Shown here: positions 28,363 to 40,063 of the stretch, in pieces
Position numbering within the stretch: position 1 is the first letter of the stretch
Layout of the letters: the number at the start of each line of letters is the position of its first letter
Assembly (NCBI GenBank): GCA_951406725.2
Contig: OX597826.1
Location: forward strand, 23,374,001-23,438,000
DNA from: Octopus vulgaris
Lineage: Eukaryota
DNA: 64,000 bases
Direction: 5' to 3'
Notes under the pieces: model-generated
Databases searched by the model: none
Told to the model about the DNA's origin: nothing
What the model saw: the letters and a program-made list of their open reading frames with translations, nothing else
Made by a program: the position numbers and the translations under genes

Positions 28363-31300
28363 CTATCTATCTCTATATATAAAACTGAAATGCGTTTTTA
28401 CCGCTTGGATCGCTTTCAATGCCACTACGACCCGTCCGATTCGCTCCAAAATTTACAGGGACATGTAGAATGAGGTGACGATGCCAGTGGGCTACCTTAG
28501 AAATCCCTATCTTAAAAGGTGTGGTTGCTAGGGGCCATCTTCCTCACTCACGCTATTTCCTATATTACCCTCTCACTCCCCTTCATTCCACTCCCGTTAT
28601 TTAATGTAAGAACATTTTCACTCACTCTATCTCTTAGCTTCCCATAATTTTTACTCATGTATCTCTATACAGAGAAAGAAATATTCCATCGCCATCGCAT
28701 TCTATTGTCTACCTGTCAACGCGCCCATCGACCAAATACAAACAGAACACACCAACGAGCATTTATATACATGTGTGTGTGTTCTATATATAAATATGTA
28801 TATATAATGTATATATACAAAGTGTATATATCTGTATTTATGTATATTAAACTTTTTAATACTTTTTGATAGTTACGTAAAGGGAACTGGTTGCTTCTTT
28901 ACATTTTTTGGGTGCAACTTGAGTGCGAGACAGATAATTTTCTCTGTTAATTACGTGACCAACAGGGGTCTAACAGGGGGAAATTATGCCTACACATGAG
29001 CGCAGCGCATGTGAACATCCAACGTGCTTTGAGTCGGGAGAAGAATTGAGCTGACGCAGACGTGTTGCAAAACAAGGGAGTACACGTGCAGAACAGAGGT
29101 GCATGAGTGCAATAGGGCTTGCTAGGCTGAAATACAGTGTACAGTATTGAATATCCCAGTGATTAATGCGGTAAGGCTGAGGCTGCCAGCCAGTGCTTGA
29201 GCTATTATATGCCTCGGTCGTGCAGGAACAAAAGTGTGGCATGCTGGCACGTTGTAAGGGACAAACAACTTTCTCTATGTATGCGTGACCGACCTAGGGC
29301 CTTACAGAGATGAGTTGTGTTTACAAGGGCACATTGAGCATGGAAAACAAGCGAGAAAGGCATGTGTAGCGTATGAATGTGACAGAGATAGCATTTGTGT
29401 GTGTATTAACTATGTGTGTTCGTGTGTGCGACAGAAGTACAAACAAGGTGTATGCGGGCAAAACAAAATACAGCGCATAGGAAAAGTCTCTCAGGCTATT
29501 TCAGACAAGATGGAGTTAATTTACCAGTTCGTAGTAAAGTACATAATAGCAGTTCGTAGTAAAGTACATAATAGCAGTTCGTTCTGTAACAGGATATTCG
29601 GATCACAAGTGCAGATGCCGGTTGAACACAAGTCGTGTAGTGGTTGTGGCTTCAATGCTGTGCCAGGTTACATTGGTACAGAAGATCTCGCAGGTAGTGC
29701 TGTGCTGTTAACCTCGGTGAAAATCATAACAGCGTGAAAGCTACACCTGAATGAGTGCTATGTACATATTAGTGTTGCTGGAGATGAAGGCGACGGAGAT
29801 GGAGACGACGTGAAGGTGAAGGACGACGATGGTGATGGCGACGTTGAGATGAAGGCGTCGGTGGTGTTGCTGGTGTATGTTAGTGTCGTCATTGGCTGGA
29901 GCAGGAACATGACTGGATGGTCTGGTCGTCTGTCGCTGGAACTGGAACATGGTTGAGTAAGCTCTGTGTGGATGAAGACTGCGGCGGATTGATTGGTTCA
30001 GACTAGGTAGAAACTAGATTTTAGCTAAGTGTTCTATGGTCTATGACCAGAACTCGGGAAACTTGCTTGAGTGTTCTATGGACTATGATCAGAACTCGGG
30101 AAACTTGCTTGAGTGTTCTATGGTCTATGACCAGAACTCGGGAAACTTGCTTGAGTGTTCTATGGTCTATGACCAGAACTCGGGAAACTTGCTTGAGTGT
30201 TCTATGGTCTATGATCAGAACTCGGGAAACTTGGTTGAGTGTTCTATGGTCTATGACCAGAGCTCGGGAAACTTGGTTGAGTGTTCTATGGTCTATGACC
30301 AGAGCTCGGGAAACTTGGTTGAGTGTTCTATGGTCTATGACCAGAACTCGGAAAACTTGGTTGAGTCCTCATCTTATAAAATGTGGCCTCAGTAGACCCA
30401 AATGAAATCGGGTTATATTAACCAAAATGTGTAAGGGGTCTAAATGGGGCTGGAAGGGGATTAAAATTTAAAGGAGCGGGTGTTTAGCAATTCTCTGTTA
30501 CATCAAGCTAAAAAATTTGCGCCAGCCTTTTAATCGTCAATGTGTTGCCGTCCATGATGAAGAAGTTTTGAATGCTTGCCATCGTGAGTCTACTGTCGTG
30601 AGAAAGAATCAATTCAAAACTTGGTTTTTAGGGATTTTCTTTTACATCAAGTTCATAATTTTACGCCAGCCGTTGAACTGTCAATACGTTGCTGTCCGTC
30701 GTTAAGAAATGCCAGCCATGGTGACTCTACTATCCTCAAATTCTATTCCTTCAAACTTTGGTTTCCAATATTTTATTATTTTTATTCAGCTCGCAAGTTC
30801 ATCTGTCCTTTTAAATGTTAGTGTTTTGCTCTCTGCCTTGAAGCAGACCTTTCCGTTGTTACTGCCTGATATTCATGATTGATCTTTCTAAATATTTTAT
30901 TTCTCAACTTACTCAAGATCTTTTGTTGTTTATAAATGGGAGAGAGATAGATAAAGATAGAGAGTAAGAGAAAGCGAGGGAGAGTCCGAGAGAAAGGAAG
31001 AGTAAGATAGTGGGAAAGTGAGAGAAACAAAGAGGGAGAATCATCATCATCATCGTTTAACGTCCGTTTTCTGTGCTAGCACGGGTTGGACAGTTTGACA
31101 GGGATCTGGGAAGCCAGGAGGCTGCACCAGGCTCCAGTCTGATCTGGCAGTGTTTCTACCGGTGAATGCCCTTCCTAACGCCAACCACTCTGTGAGAGTA
31201 GTGGGTGCTTTATCGTGCCGCCGGCACAGGTGCCAGGGGGGATGGCAGCGGCCACGATCGGTTGGTGCTTTTTACGTGCCACCAGCACAGAAGCCAGTCA

Positions 31301-31413
31301 AGGCAGCGATGCATTCCACCACGTTCGGATGGTGCTTTTTACGTGCTGAAAGGAAGCAACAGAAAGTAACAACCATACTCTTACCCGCGCGTAGAGCGGG
31401 TCACCTTCAGCTA

Positions 31414-31449
<36 letters not shown>

Positions 31450-34400
31450 TGTTACAAAGGACATCCAGTCACAGAAACCATGCCAAAACAGAGAATGGAG
31501 AACCTGGTGCAACTCCAGGCCTTGTCATCCAATGCATGCCAACATGGAAAACAGACATTAAATGATGATGATGTTGATGATGAATGTATGAATATTGCAA
31601 TCTTCCATGAAATCATGTCCAGCTATTGTCCTGTTCATGTGTTCAGAAAACTAGGGGAAATTTTACCTTACATGGAAACAGATAAAAGTTGGTGACAGGA
31701 AGAGGACCTAACAAAATTTCATCTGACTCAAATCATCATCATCATCATTTAGCATCCGCTTTCCATGCTGGCATGGGTTGGACGGTGCAACTGGGGTCTG
31801 GCAAGCCAGAAGGCTGCACCAGGCATAGTCTGATCTGGCAATGTTTCTACGGCTGGATGCCCTTCTTATTGCCAACCACTCCATGAGTGTAGTGGGTGCT
31901 TTTTACGTGCCACCGGCACAGGTGCCGGACAAGGCTGGCTATGGACATGATCGGATGGTGCTTTTTACATGCCACCGGCACGGAAGCCAGTCGGGGCGGC
32001 GCTGGCAACAGCCACGTTCGGATCGTTCACTTATGTGCTACCGGCACTAGTATCACAGCTACAATTTCCATTGATGTTGATTGATTTTGATTTTGATTTT
32101 TGATTTTCACTTGCCTCAACAGGTCTTCACAAGTAGAGTTTTGTGTTTCAAGAAAGAAAGGTATGCATAAGTGGACTGAGGCCATGGGTTATGGTCTCAC
32201 TTGTCCTGCTGGGTCTTCTCACACACAGCATACTTCCAAAGGTCTCGGTCTCTAGTCATTTCCTCGGCGAGACCTAAAGTTCGAAGGTTGTGCTTCACCA
32301 CCTCATCCCAGGTTTTCCTGGGTCTACCTCTTCCACAGGTTCCCTCAACCGCTAGGGTGTTGCACTTTTTCACACAGCTGTCTTCATCCATTCTCACCAC
32401 ATGACCATACCAGCGCAAACGTCTCTCTTGCACACCACAACTGATGCTTCTTAGGGTCTTTCCCTGTCTTCATGCTTCTAATTGCCTTAACTACCAAGGA
32501 ACTGTCAACTCGGATAGCTGGTCCCTCTGTTGGGTCGACAGTTAGACCTTCCCTTGACGTTGCTGCACCTCTTATGTGTCCATAGCTTACACTTGGTGCA
32601 TCTTATAGAGTTTCTACCTATGCCTTTTCTACAAGAATGAAAATAGAAAAGTGAATGTTAAAAAGATTATTATTATTATTAACAAGTTTGTACTGGGTAC
32701 AAAAAAAAATGACTCAGTACACAGAGTAAAGTGGCTGGCATTAAAAAGGCATCCAGCTGTAGAAAACATGTCTAGCAAACATTGGAATTCAATGTGGTTC
32801 TTAGACCTGTCAGTTCCTGATAACCCTTTGAACTGGGCTGAAACCGGCTCTGAGTACAAATGTCTTGTTTTGAATTAAAATCTTCCACCAAACCTTAGTC
32901 ACAATTTATGTTCCTAACACTAGCTGAATGATAACTAAGTTATTTTACTAAACTGTTTGTTATCTTTAAAATTAATTGAAAGAAACACAGAGCATCTCAA
33001 CAGAAATATGGTAACAAAAGGGTTAAAACATATAATAGAGAAACAATTCTTAACCCTTTTGTTACCAACCCGGCTGAAACCGGCTCTGGCTCTTTAGTAG
33101 AGATGTCTTGTTTTCATAAGTTTTGAATTAAAATCTTCCACCAAACCTTAGCCACAATTTATGTTCCTAACACGAGCTGAATGATAACTAAATTATTTTA
33201 TTAAATTCTTTGTTATATTTAAAGTAATTGAAAGAAACACAGAGCATCTCAAAATTAAAACAGTAACGAAAGGATTAAACTGTCCAACACATACTTGCAT
33301 GGAACATGGACTTTAGACGGTGATGATGATGATGACAACGATGATAATTATCATGATGATGATGGTGACAGACAGATAAAATGTGTGAGTGTATAGATGA
33401 GGAATAGCTAAACAAAATTATCTTATACGATTTGGCTTCAGTTATATTCCTTTATGCTTGGATGGACTTAGTCATTAATTTCTAATAAAATCTAAAAACT
33501 AAGAACCAGAAAAATTACTGGTGGAATTGATATAATTGACTGAATTCTTTGTAAACCAGTGCAAGAATAAGAAAAATATCATATGTAACTTACATGCGAA
33601 CCAGCTTTGATAGAACTTAAGATGAAAAAATCCTCCAAAGATTCCGGGAGATGCCACAAAAGACTTCTTCGTCCTAAAACATCACGTCCGAACCACAGTT
33701 GCTTTCTTTCAACCTTACAAAATAAGGAATCATTAAAAATAATTGAGTAGAAAATATTAAGCTTTGAAAAACAGTGAATCAATTTACATCGTTTCTTTTT
33801 TTTTTATCATAACTTTTAGCATCCAATTTTTCATGCTTGCATGGGTCAGTTAAAGCAGATTTTCTACAGCTGGATGCCCTTCTTGTCACCAGCCCTCACC
33901 TGGTTCCAAGTAAGATAAACATTACTCTATGGCCAGACATGTTTTCACAGAATTTGAAAGGTATAACTTGTACGAGAGTGACACAGGTGTGTATGTGTGT
34001 GTGTGTGTGTGGGGGTGTTAGGAAGAGCATCCAGCCACAAAAACCATACCAAAACAGACACTGAAACCTGGTGCAGTCTTCTGTCAAACCATCTAACCCA
34101 TGCCAACATGGAAGGCAGATGTTAAATGATGATGATGATGATGACTGGTGTTTTTCAATTACCATCCACCAAATCCACTCACAAGGGCTTTGGTTGGCCC
34201 AAAGTTATTGTAGAAGTCATTCGCCCAAGGTGCAACACAGTGGGATGGAGGGAGGGAGGAAGGTGCTATTGTTGCTTATAACAAACAGAAACAAATACTA
34301 ACTTGCCAATAAATAAAAGCCCAAGGGCCCTGTAGATGTGAGAGCACAGACAAGATCTCCTCATCGGTGTGACAGTGTGACAGGGCTGTTAGCAATGCTT

Positions 34401-37400
34401 CAGTGTCATTGTCATCTTCTTGTAACTGAAAAGGAAAAAAACGATGACATAACAGCAATTATCACAGCAGTTATTTCTCTCTCCATTTTTCTCCCACCCC
34501 TTCCTTTATTTTGTCTTACAGTTTCTCTTTCATATATTTAGGGTAGGTGGCTGAACTAACAGTCAAGTCAGTTCATTACTTCAGTACATGATTGCCCTTA
34601 GAGATGGTGTGAGCACTGACTGAGCTAAAAGGTGGGGGAGGGGGGCTGGCAGAATCGTTAGCACATTGGACAGAATGCTTAGCAGCATTTCATCCATCTT
34701 TACATTTTGGGTTCAAATTCAGCCAAGTTGCCTTTCATCCTTTCAGAGTTGATAAAATAAGTACCTGTTGAGCCTTAGAACTGATGAAATCAGCTACCCT
34801 CCCACTCTTCCAAAATTTCAGGCTTTATGTCTATAGTAGATATTATTATTAGTTTCAGCTATATCTAATTAGTTCTCTTGGCTAACTACAGGTCCCTTTT
34901 ATATTCCTTAAGAAAATCAACCTTTGGTACAACACTGGTACACATTTTCTGGTGCTTGAAAAATTAATGGCAAAGATTACTCAGACGAGGAGAATTTAGC
35001 TGCTCTTTCTTGTAGACTGATTGAATGACCACATAGAGGCTCCTGTGTTAGTGTAACAAACCAATGAACCAAAAGTGAGTGGTATCATGAAAGAGAAACA
35101 ATGAAATAGTAAGGTAAGGTATGGCATAGTACATAGTATTACGTGCTACATAACACAGTGGGGTTCATAGTAGAATTATTTCTTTCTGGACTCTCCTCTC
35201 ATAAAAGACAGATAAGGGTTCTGCAATTTCTTGCTGAACAGCCTAAACAAATCATTTGCTTATAGTGATGAAATTTTTGAGCTGTACATTAGTTCATTCT
35301 CTCCATTGAATTGACATTACCTGTACAGACACCTGGTATGCATCAAAGTGACTGTAGAGCAATGCGAAGTGAAGTGTTTTGCTCAAGAACACAATGCACC
35401 ACCTGGTCCAGGAATTGAAACCACAATCTTGTGATTATTAGTGCAACACCCTAACCACAAAGCTGCACACCTTCAATTCATGCCAAACATAGTATAATGG
35501 AATATAACAACTCACCTCTGGTAAACCATCAAATATCTCTCCATTCCATAACAGTATGTTACCATTTTGGTCGGTCAGTGGTTGCATGGTTAGCTGACCC
35601 CTTAGATGAAGAACAAAGCCATACAGGGTTGCACTGATTTCCTCAGACACACTGAACGATGTCCAGTTGGAAGCATCTGGACCACGGTGACTAATGTGGG
35701 ATTCCAAAACCAAATTCTACCAAAAGAATTAAAAATATATATAATAGTGTGTGTGTGTCTATATATATATAAAATCATCATCATCATCATCATTTAATGT
35801 CCAATTTCCATGCTGGCATGGGTTAAATGGTTTGACCAGAGCTGGTAAGCTGGCGAGTTGCACCAGGCTCCAGTCATCTATTTTGGAATGGTTTTTATGA
35901 CTGGATGCCCTTCCCAACTCTAACCACTCTACAAAGTGCACTGGGTGTCTTCTACATGGGTGCCTTTTACATGTCGCTGGCATGGGTGTCTTTCATGTGT
36001 CACCAGCACTGGCCACAGCCACGATTTTACATCTTCATTTGATTCAAAAACTAAATATTGCCAGAAGAAACATAAATATATAAAATTATGTATAAGTACA
36101 ACCAATATGTCGTGGATGACATTAGGACAAGGTATGTATGTTTGCATGTACATACATAGTCATACATACATATGGACATTTTCAATCTACCAACTTCATT
36201 CACATGGTATTGGTCACATACGTACGTATGTGTGTGTATATGCAAGTGTGTGCACATGCTCATTAAGTTCTATCTTTACATTGAAACTACTTGGGAGTCA
36301 GTGATGTTATGTTTAGGTCCCTCATAAACAACACATCCTGTAGGTTGGTAGTTTTAGTGGTTTCAATGTGATACACAAGTGAAATAAAAATACTTTATTT
36401 GCAATATAGGATAGAGTTAGTGACAAGGGCATCCAGCCATAGAATACTACCTCAGCACTTCCCAAACTTCTTAGTCATGGCTTGGTGAATGATAAAGAGG
36501 AGGTGGCATAACACCAATCCCTGGTGGATCCCTAACAGTATACATTGCTGACTCACTGCTCAATGACTATCTCAAGCTATAACGCTAGGAACATTAATAA
36601 AACAATAACAAATTTTTATTGATGAAAGGGCTCAATACTCAAGATAGAGTCAAATTTATCCCCAAATAAATGATTGATTGTGAATTCAAATTTTGCCTGT
36701 TTCAAGACTTGTTCGCATAAAATTTTTCACATTTCTTATTTGTACCTGTATGGTTAAGGAATTTATTTTAGAACTATGTGGTTATGCTTATTGTCCGATC
36801 CCCATATACTGCATTAATATTCCTCACACTTTCTGTTGCGTTGTTGCCTCTATTGAACTCATAAAGCAAAATATGCCGAATATGCTCCTTTGTCACTTCC
36901 ATTATATAAAATCGAAATCGATCAACAACAATGGAAATTGTAGCTGTGATACCAGTGCCAGTGACACGAAAGAGAACCATCCGAACGTGGCTGTTGCCAG
37001 CGCCGCTCCGACTGGCCTCCGTGCCGGTGGCATGTAAAAAGCACCATCCGATCGTGGCCGTTTGCCAGCCTCGTCTGGCACCTGTGCCGGCGGCACGTAA
37101 AAAGCACCCACTACACTCACGTAGTGGTTGGCGTTAGGAAGGGCATCCAGCTGTAGAAACACTGCCAGATCAGACTGTGCCTGGTGCAGCCTTCTGGCTT
37201 CCCAGACCCCAGTTGAACCGTCCAACCCATGCTAGCATAAAATCAAACTGCACTTTTCAAAGCTTGTACTAAGAATAAGTACAACATAAAATTACTACCT
37301 GCTTTTATAGCAAGTTGATGCAAGTAGTTTATCCTGTATGCCGCCGACCTTTAGTTCATGCAATTGAGAAAAAAAACGCATTATTTATGGAATGACCCAA

Positions 37401-38058
37401 TATATATTATGGAAAACAGGTAACAGCTGGTGACAGGAAGATGTCCCCATTATAAAAATTCGACCTCAGTTACTTCCCTTCTAAGTCATGCTAACACGGA
37501 AAAACAGGTATTAAATTAAACAAACAATATATACACATATATATTGGTTTCAAATTTTGGCATAAGGCCAGCAATTTCATAGAGACATTTGCTTACAGTT
37601 CACCACAAAAGCATGTCCAGGCTTCTTGACATGTTGTGCGATCTTTATAAACAAAAGACTCACCATTTGTGCAAACAACATCATTTGCTTCAATTTCTCA
37701 GCAAAAGCGTGTCTGGGTTGTACATTGTTCAACAGACTGGAGTATTATCACCTTGCTTATAAACAGGTAAAAGTTGGTACCAGGAAGAGCATATGGCCGT
37801 AGGAAACTCTGCCCAACGTAATCTTATATGACCCACGCAAGCATGGGGAAGCAGATAACGTAATGATAAAAATAGTGCTCTTAAGAGGAGCTATATGACG
37901 AAACAAAAAGGAATTAAATAATACGATAGTTGTCTTACATTTTCCTTGCGAGAAATAATGAATGATAATATATATTCTTTTTATCAACAATATGCATTTA
38001 CCTTATCGTGTTGTTCAATTTTTTCCTTAGGTCCAAGAATGCAACAGATTCCACACAT
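5809..38058 (-). CDS. ASNSD1: Asparagine synthetase domain-containing protein 1; 13 coding exons, 2088 nt, 695 aa
   Basis: Hand-assembled exons with consistent phases and GT-AG introns. N-terminal MCGICC and HRGPD (class II glutamine amidotransferase), [76 protein letters not shown]. Confidence 0.95.
6058..6430 (+). mobile_element. tRNA-derived SINE family A, representative copy; others near 1768, 2370, 4250, 4430(-), 5500(-), 7130(-), 11350, 17925, 22430, 24490(-), 25764, 26560(-), 26775, 45230(-)
   Basis: A-box/B-box head GGAGTGGCTGTGTGGTAAG...GGTTCAGTCCC, central (TG)n, conserved tail. Confidence 0.85.
10269..10316 (-). ncRNA. Minimal Penelope-type hammerhead ribozyme motif with a U4->C change
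   Basis: GTCT-CCGATGA-A-GGGATAT-aataa-ATATCCT-A-GAA-ACAGCTGT-A-AGAC. Confidence 0.5.
11794..12103. mobile_element. hAT (Charlie-like) MITE; related copy at 8847-9087
   Basis: CAATGGTTCTCAACC...GGTGAGAACCACTG; degenerate 8-bp TSD gtctagag/ggctagac. Confidence 0.7.
12153..12243 (-). CDS. ASNSD1: ASNSD1 exon 12 ([16 protein letters not shown]...YKK)
   Basis: cag acceptor, gtaagt donor; 91 nt. Confidence 0.93.
12470..12995 (-). mobile_element. 3' tail of the same RTE-like family
   Basis: Repeated gtggcacgtaaaaagcacc units. Confidence 0.7.
13000..14577 (+). mobile_element. RTE-like LINE 3' fragment with tandemly repeated 3' UTR and (GAT)n tail
   Basis: YADD, embedded Cys/His finger, [15 protein letters not shown]; in-frame stops. 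Confidence 0.88.
14580..15429. mobile_element. Solo LTR
   Basis: TGTTATGA...CCGTAACA termini, TSD ATAT, no coding capacity. Confidence 0.7.
15759..15842 (-). CDS. ASNSD1: ASNSD1 exon 11 (KDGWQGL...RNLGRDDR)
   Basis: cag acceptor, gtaagt donor; 84 nt. Confidence 0.93.
17730..17797 (-). CDS. ASNSD1: ASNSD1 exon 10 ([18 protein letters not shown])
   Basis: GxGADE motif; cag acceptor, gttcgt donor; 68 nt. Confidence 0.92.
19343..19415 (-). tRNA. tRNA-Arg(TCG)-derived gene with anticodon TCA (possible opal suppressor or young pseudogene)
   Basis: GGCCGCATGGCCTAATGGATAAGGTGTCTGACTTCAAATCAGAAGATTGCGAGTTCGAGTCTCATTGTGGTCG, 73 nt cloverleaf; body resembles metazoan tRNA-Arg-TCG; T4 run at 19328-19331. 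Confidence 0.85.
19526..19670 (-). CDS. ASNSD1: ASNSD1 exon 9 ([23 protein letters not shown]...SRAK)
   Basis: cag acceptor, gtaatt donor; 145 nt. Confidence 0.93.
21556..21935 (-). mobile_element. SINE family C; related copy at about 18115-18430 (+)
   Basis: tRNA-like head and shared body gtggagtgctcagccactt. Confidence 0.65.
21994..22028 (-). CDS. ASNSD1: ASNSD1 exon 8, 35 nt ([12 protein letters not shown])
   Basis: tag acceptor, gtatga donor; bridges phase 0 to phase 2 as required. Confidence 0.88.
23063..23180 (-). CDS. ASNSD1: ASNSD1 exon 7 (...VPDRLTG...RKWNFIE)
   Basis: aag acceptor, gtaagt donor; 118 nt. Confidence 0.92.
23820..24440 (-). mobile_element. SINE family B cluster; others near 2680-3620, 18450-18810, 23390, 34640, 39755, 41905, 42350, 44775, 46510-47090
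   Basis: Recurrent gagctggcagaatcgttagca...gagttcaaattc...ctttcatcctttc...aagtaccag core. Confidence 0.8.
24948..25058 (-). CDS. ASNSD1: ASNSD1 exon 6 ([15 protein letters not shown]...[10 protein letters not shown])
   Basis: IDLLNVAF motif; cag acceptor, gtaaga donor; 111 nt. Confidence 0.9.
27234..27979 (-). CDS. ASNSD1: ASNSD1 exon 5 (KYTEIPAVG...[17 protein letters not shown])
   Basis: 746 nt, contains the 237-aa ORF of the track; tag acceptor, gtaaag donor, phase 2. Confidence 0.93.
28370..31414 (+). mobile_element. Non-autonomous Helitron with internal cargo
   Basis: A|TC 5' end; 3' hairpin CCCGC-gcgtaga-GCGGG then CTAG|T. Confidence 0.65.
30028..30366 (+). repeat. 42-bp tandem minisatellite, about 8 copies
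   Basis: Unit GAGTGTTCTATGGTCTATGACCAGAACTCGGGAAACTTG(C/G)TT. Confidence 0.95.
31733..32456 (-). mobile_element. RTE-like LINE 3' fragment
   Basis: [14 protein letters not shown]...[13 protein letters not shown] plus the same tail. Confidence 0.85.
33594..33713 (-). CDS. ASNSD1: ASNSD1 exon 4 ([20 protein letters not shown]...GSH)
   Basis: aag acceptor, gtaagt donor, 120 nt. Confidence 0.92.
34303..34425 (-). CDS. ASNSD1: ASNSD1 exon 3 (LQEDDNDT...[10 protein letters not shown])
   Basis: cag acceptor, gttagt donor, 123 nt. Confidence 0.92.
35516..35716 (-). CDS. ASNSD1: ASNSD1 exon 2 ([14 protein letters not shown]...[11 protein letters not shown])
   Basis: tag acceptor, GAG|gtgag donor, 201 nt. 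Confidence 0.93.
36774..37402 (-). mobile_element. Mariner relic interrupted by an RTE 3'-tail insertion (about 36912-37236)
   Basis: [34 protein letters not shown]; TIR-like TATTGGGTCATTCCATAAATAATGCG near 37402; insertion flanked by ATAAAATC. Confidence 0.75.
38002..38058 (-). CDS. ASNSD1: ASNSD1 coding exon 1 ([19 protein letters not shown])
   Basis: accATG start; AAG|gtaaat donor, phase 0; probable acceptor ttttag at 38097-38098. Confidence 0.88.
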
Positions 38059-38882
38059 GGTACTCTGGTTCACTGCATTACAACAAATGGAAATTGCTAA
38101 AAATAAAATATTTTCTTAACATTGGCATAAAACTTCAAACTTATACAATGAAAAGAATAAAACTAAATTGAGTTTTCATGCATTTCCGAAAGACTTTATA
38201 TTAAGTCAAATTGACTTCGGCTGGGTCACAGATCAGACTTGCCAAGACTATCATCAGCACCTTCGTTTTGTTGGTTATCGTTTAGCCCTGGGTCAAATCC
38301 GATCGAGTAAACCTATGATCAAAGGTGTTTCTGCAAAGACCAATGGTCTGCTCGTTCTCAGTCCTGGTATGGATGGAACAACAAACCAGAGAGATCTAGT
38401 TCTTTACTTGATTAGCCTCTGGTCAACTTCATCAAAGACACCAATGACCAACAGTGTTTCAGCTACAACCATCCCACCCTTTCCCCCGCCCCCGGGATAA
38501 GTGTATACAAGGTGTCCTTCATTTAATTAAAATTGCATGGTGTGATTTAATAGTTGTTTACTGTTTCTAGCAGGACGAATAACTATGTACAGGCTCTTTT
38601 GTTAGATTTATCTGCCATACAGTATATCACCAATCTCCATCATTCTGTCTATGAATCCCCAATTCCTGAGCTCTAACATCTTGTTTATATTCCTGTAGCT
38701 GCATATATATAAATATGTATATATTGATAAAAATGGTAAGACAACAAAAGAAAGAGACCTCGATATTATATAAATACGGGAATTTATCTGTAAATGTAAT
38801 AAGTAACAATTATTCGGTAGCCATGATAAAATTCCGAGTTTTATCAGGGCTACCGAATATTTGTCACATATTACATTTACAG

Positions 38883-38918
<36 letters not shown>

Positions 38919-38926
38919 ACACGTAC

Positions 38927-39500
38927 AAATTAGAAGAACCGTATAATTAGAAATTAAGCCTTCTTAGTCGTTTCGGTTTTTAATTTTACTTCTGATGAAT
39001 TTCGACATGTTATTAAAAGAGGAAATAACCCAGAGTCCGTCACACACCAGACCACTGTGACTCCTTGCTGGAAGGACACTGAGCGGAATTCTGGTTTAAG
39101 CACCCTATATAACAATTCACAATGGTACAAACACTCGTATGTAAGGAACAAATTCGCAAAAATTTTCTAAAAATTTCAAAAAGTAAAAACGTTATCAAGT
39201 TATATGGGGTGCTTAATCCGGAATTCTGCGGGGCAACGAGGGTAACGCAAAAATGAAAGTTAAGTAAGGCTTACAAAGTTCGATCACATATGGATTTGCG
39301 TTTGTTGAAATTCGTAAATCTATTTAAGAATAATTGATAAAAAATTCAAATGGTGTTTATCAACAATAATCTTTATACGTGTAAAATACAGTCGGAATAC
39401 TTGCTCTCTCTCTCTCTCTCTCTTAAATCCACATGTACGGCCGGTGTAAATGTTTTTGTAGACGGTGTTCTATGTGATTAAGTTCCTAATCAAATAAATA
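38927..39500 (-). promoter_or_regulatory. Probable ASNSD1 promoter and first non-coding exon
   Basis: Repeat-poor, relatively CpG-rich patch; candidate donor ttt|gtacgt at 38926; candidate second UTR exon at about 38621-38698. Confidence 0.4.
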
Positions 39501-40009
39501 ACATTTGATATTTCGTATTTGAATAAGTAATCTCATATACAGACAAAGCTCAATTGAAATCGTTTCGAGTTAAGCGGGGTATTTTTTTTTAAAGAAATTA
39601 ACGAAAACAAATTAAACTTCGGTTTCAGTCGATTTATCCCCTTTATCTCAATATAATATAAGCATTTAATTTTTTTTTAAATACAATAATTCCTCGTTTT
39701 ACAATTTTTTGTTTTACGAGACCCCGGGTTTACAAGTTTTATTTTTCAAGCACAAGCTGGCAGAAACATTAGCACACCAGGCAAAATACTTATCAGTATT
39801 TCGTCTGCCTTTACATTCTGAGTTCAAATTCCACTGATGTTAACTTTGGCTTTCTTCCTTCCAGGGTTGATAAATTAAGTACCAGTTGCATACTGGATTG
39901 ATCTAATCTACAGAGGCCCCTCTCCCAAAATTGTAGGCCTTGTACCTAGAGTATAAAAGAAAAGAATAGTATTTTGGGTGCAATTGTTCAATTGTATGAT
40001 TTCAAACAC

Positions 40010-40063
40010 AAATTTTCGTGAGTTTATTTCATTAGGTCCAATAATGCAACAGATTCCACACAT
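40010..40063 (-). pseudogene. Duplicate of the ASNSD1 start exon (MCGICCIIGPNEINSRKF)
   Basis: 36 of the first 39 nt from the ATG are identical to the 38058 exon; no strong donor. Confidence 0.75.

Noticed and set aside
30028-30366. CRISPR-like array
   Set aside because: Contiguous units without unique spacers, eukaryotic context, no cas genes
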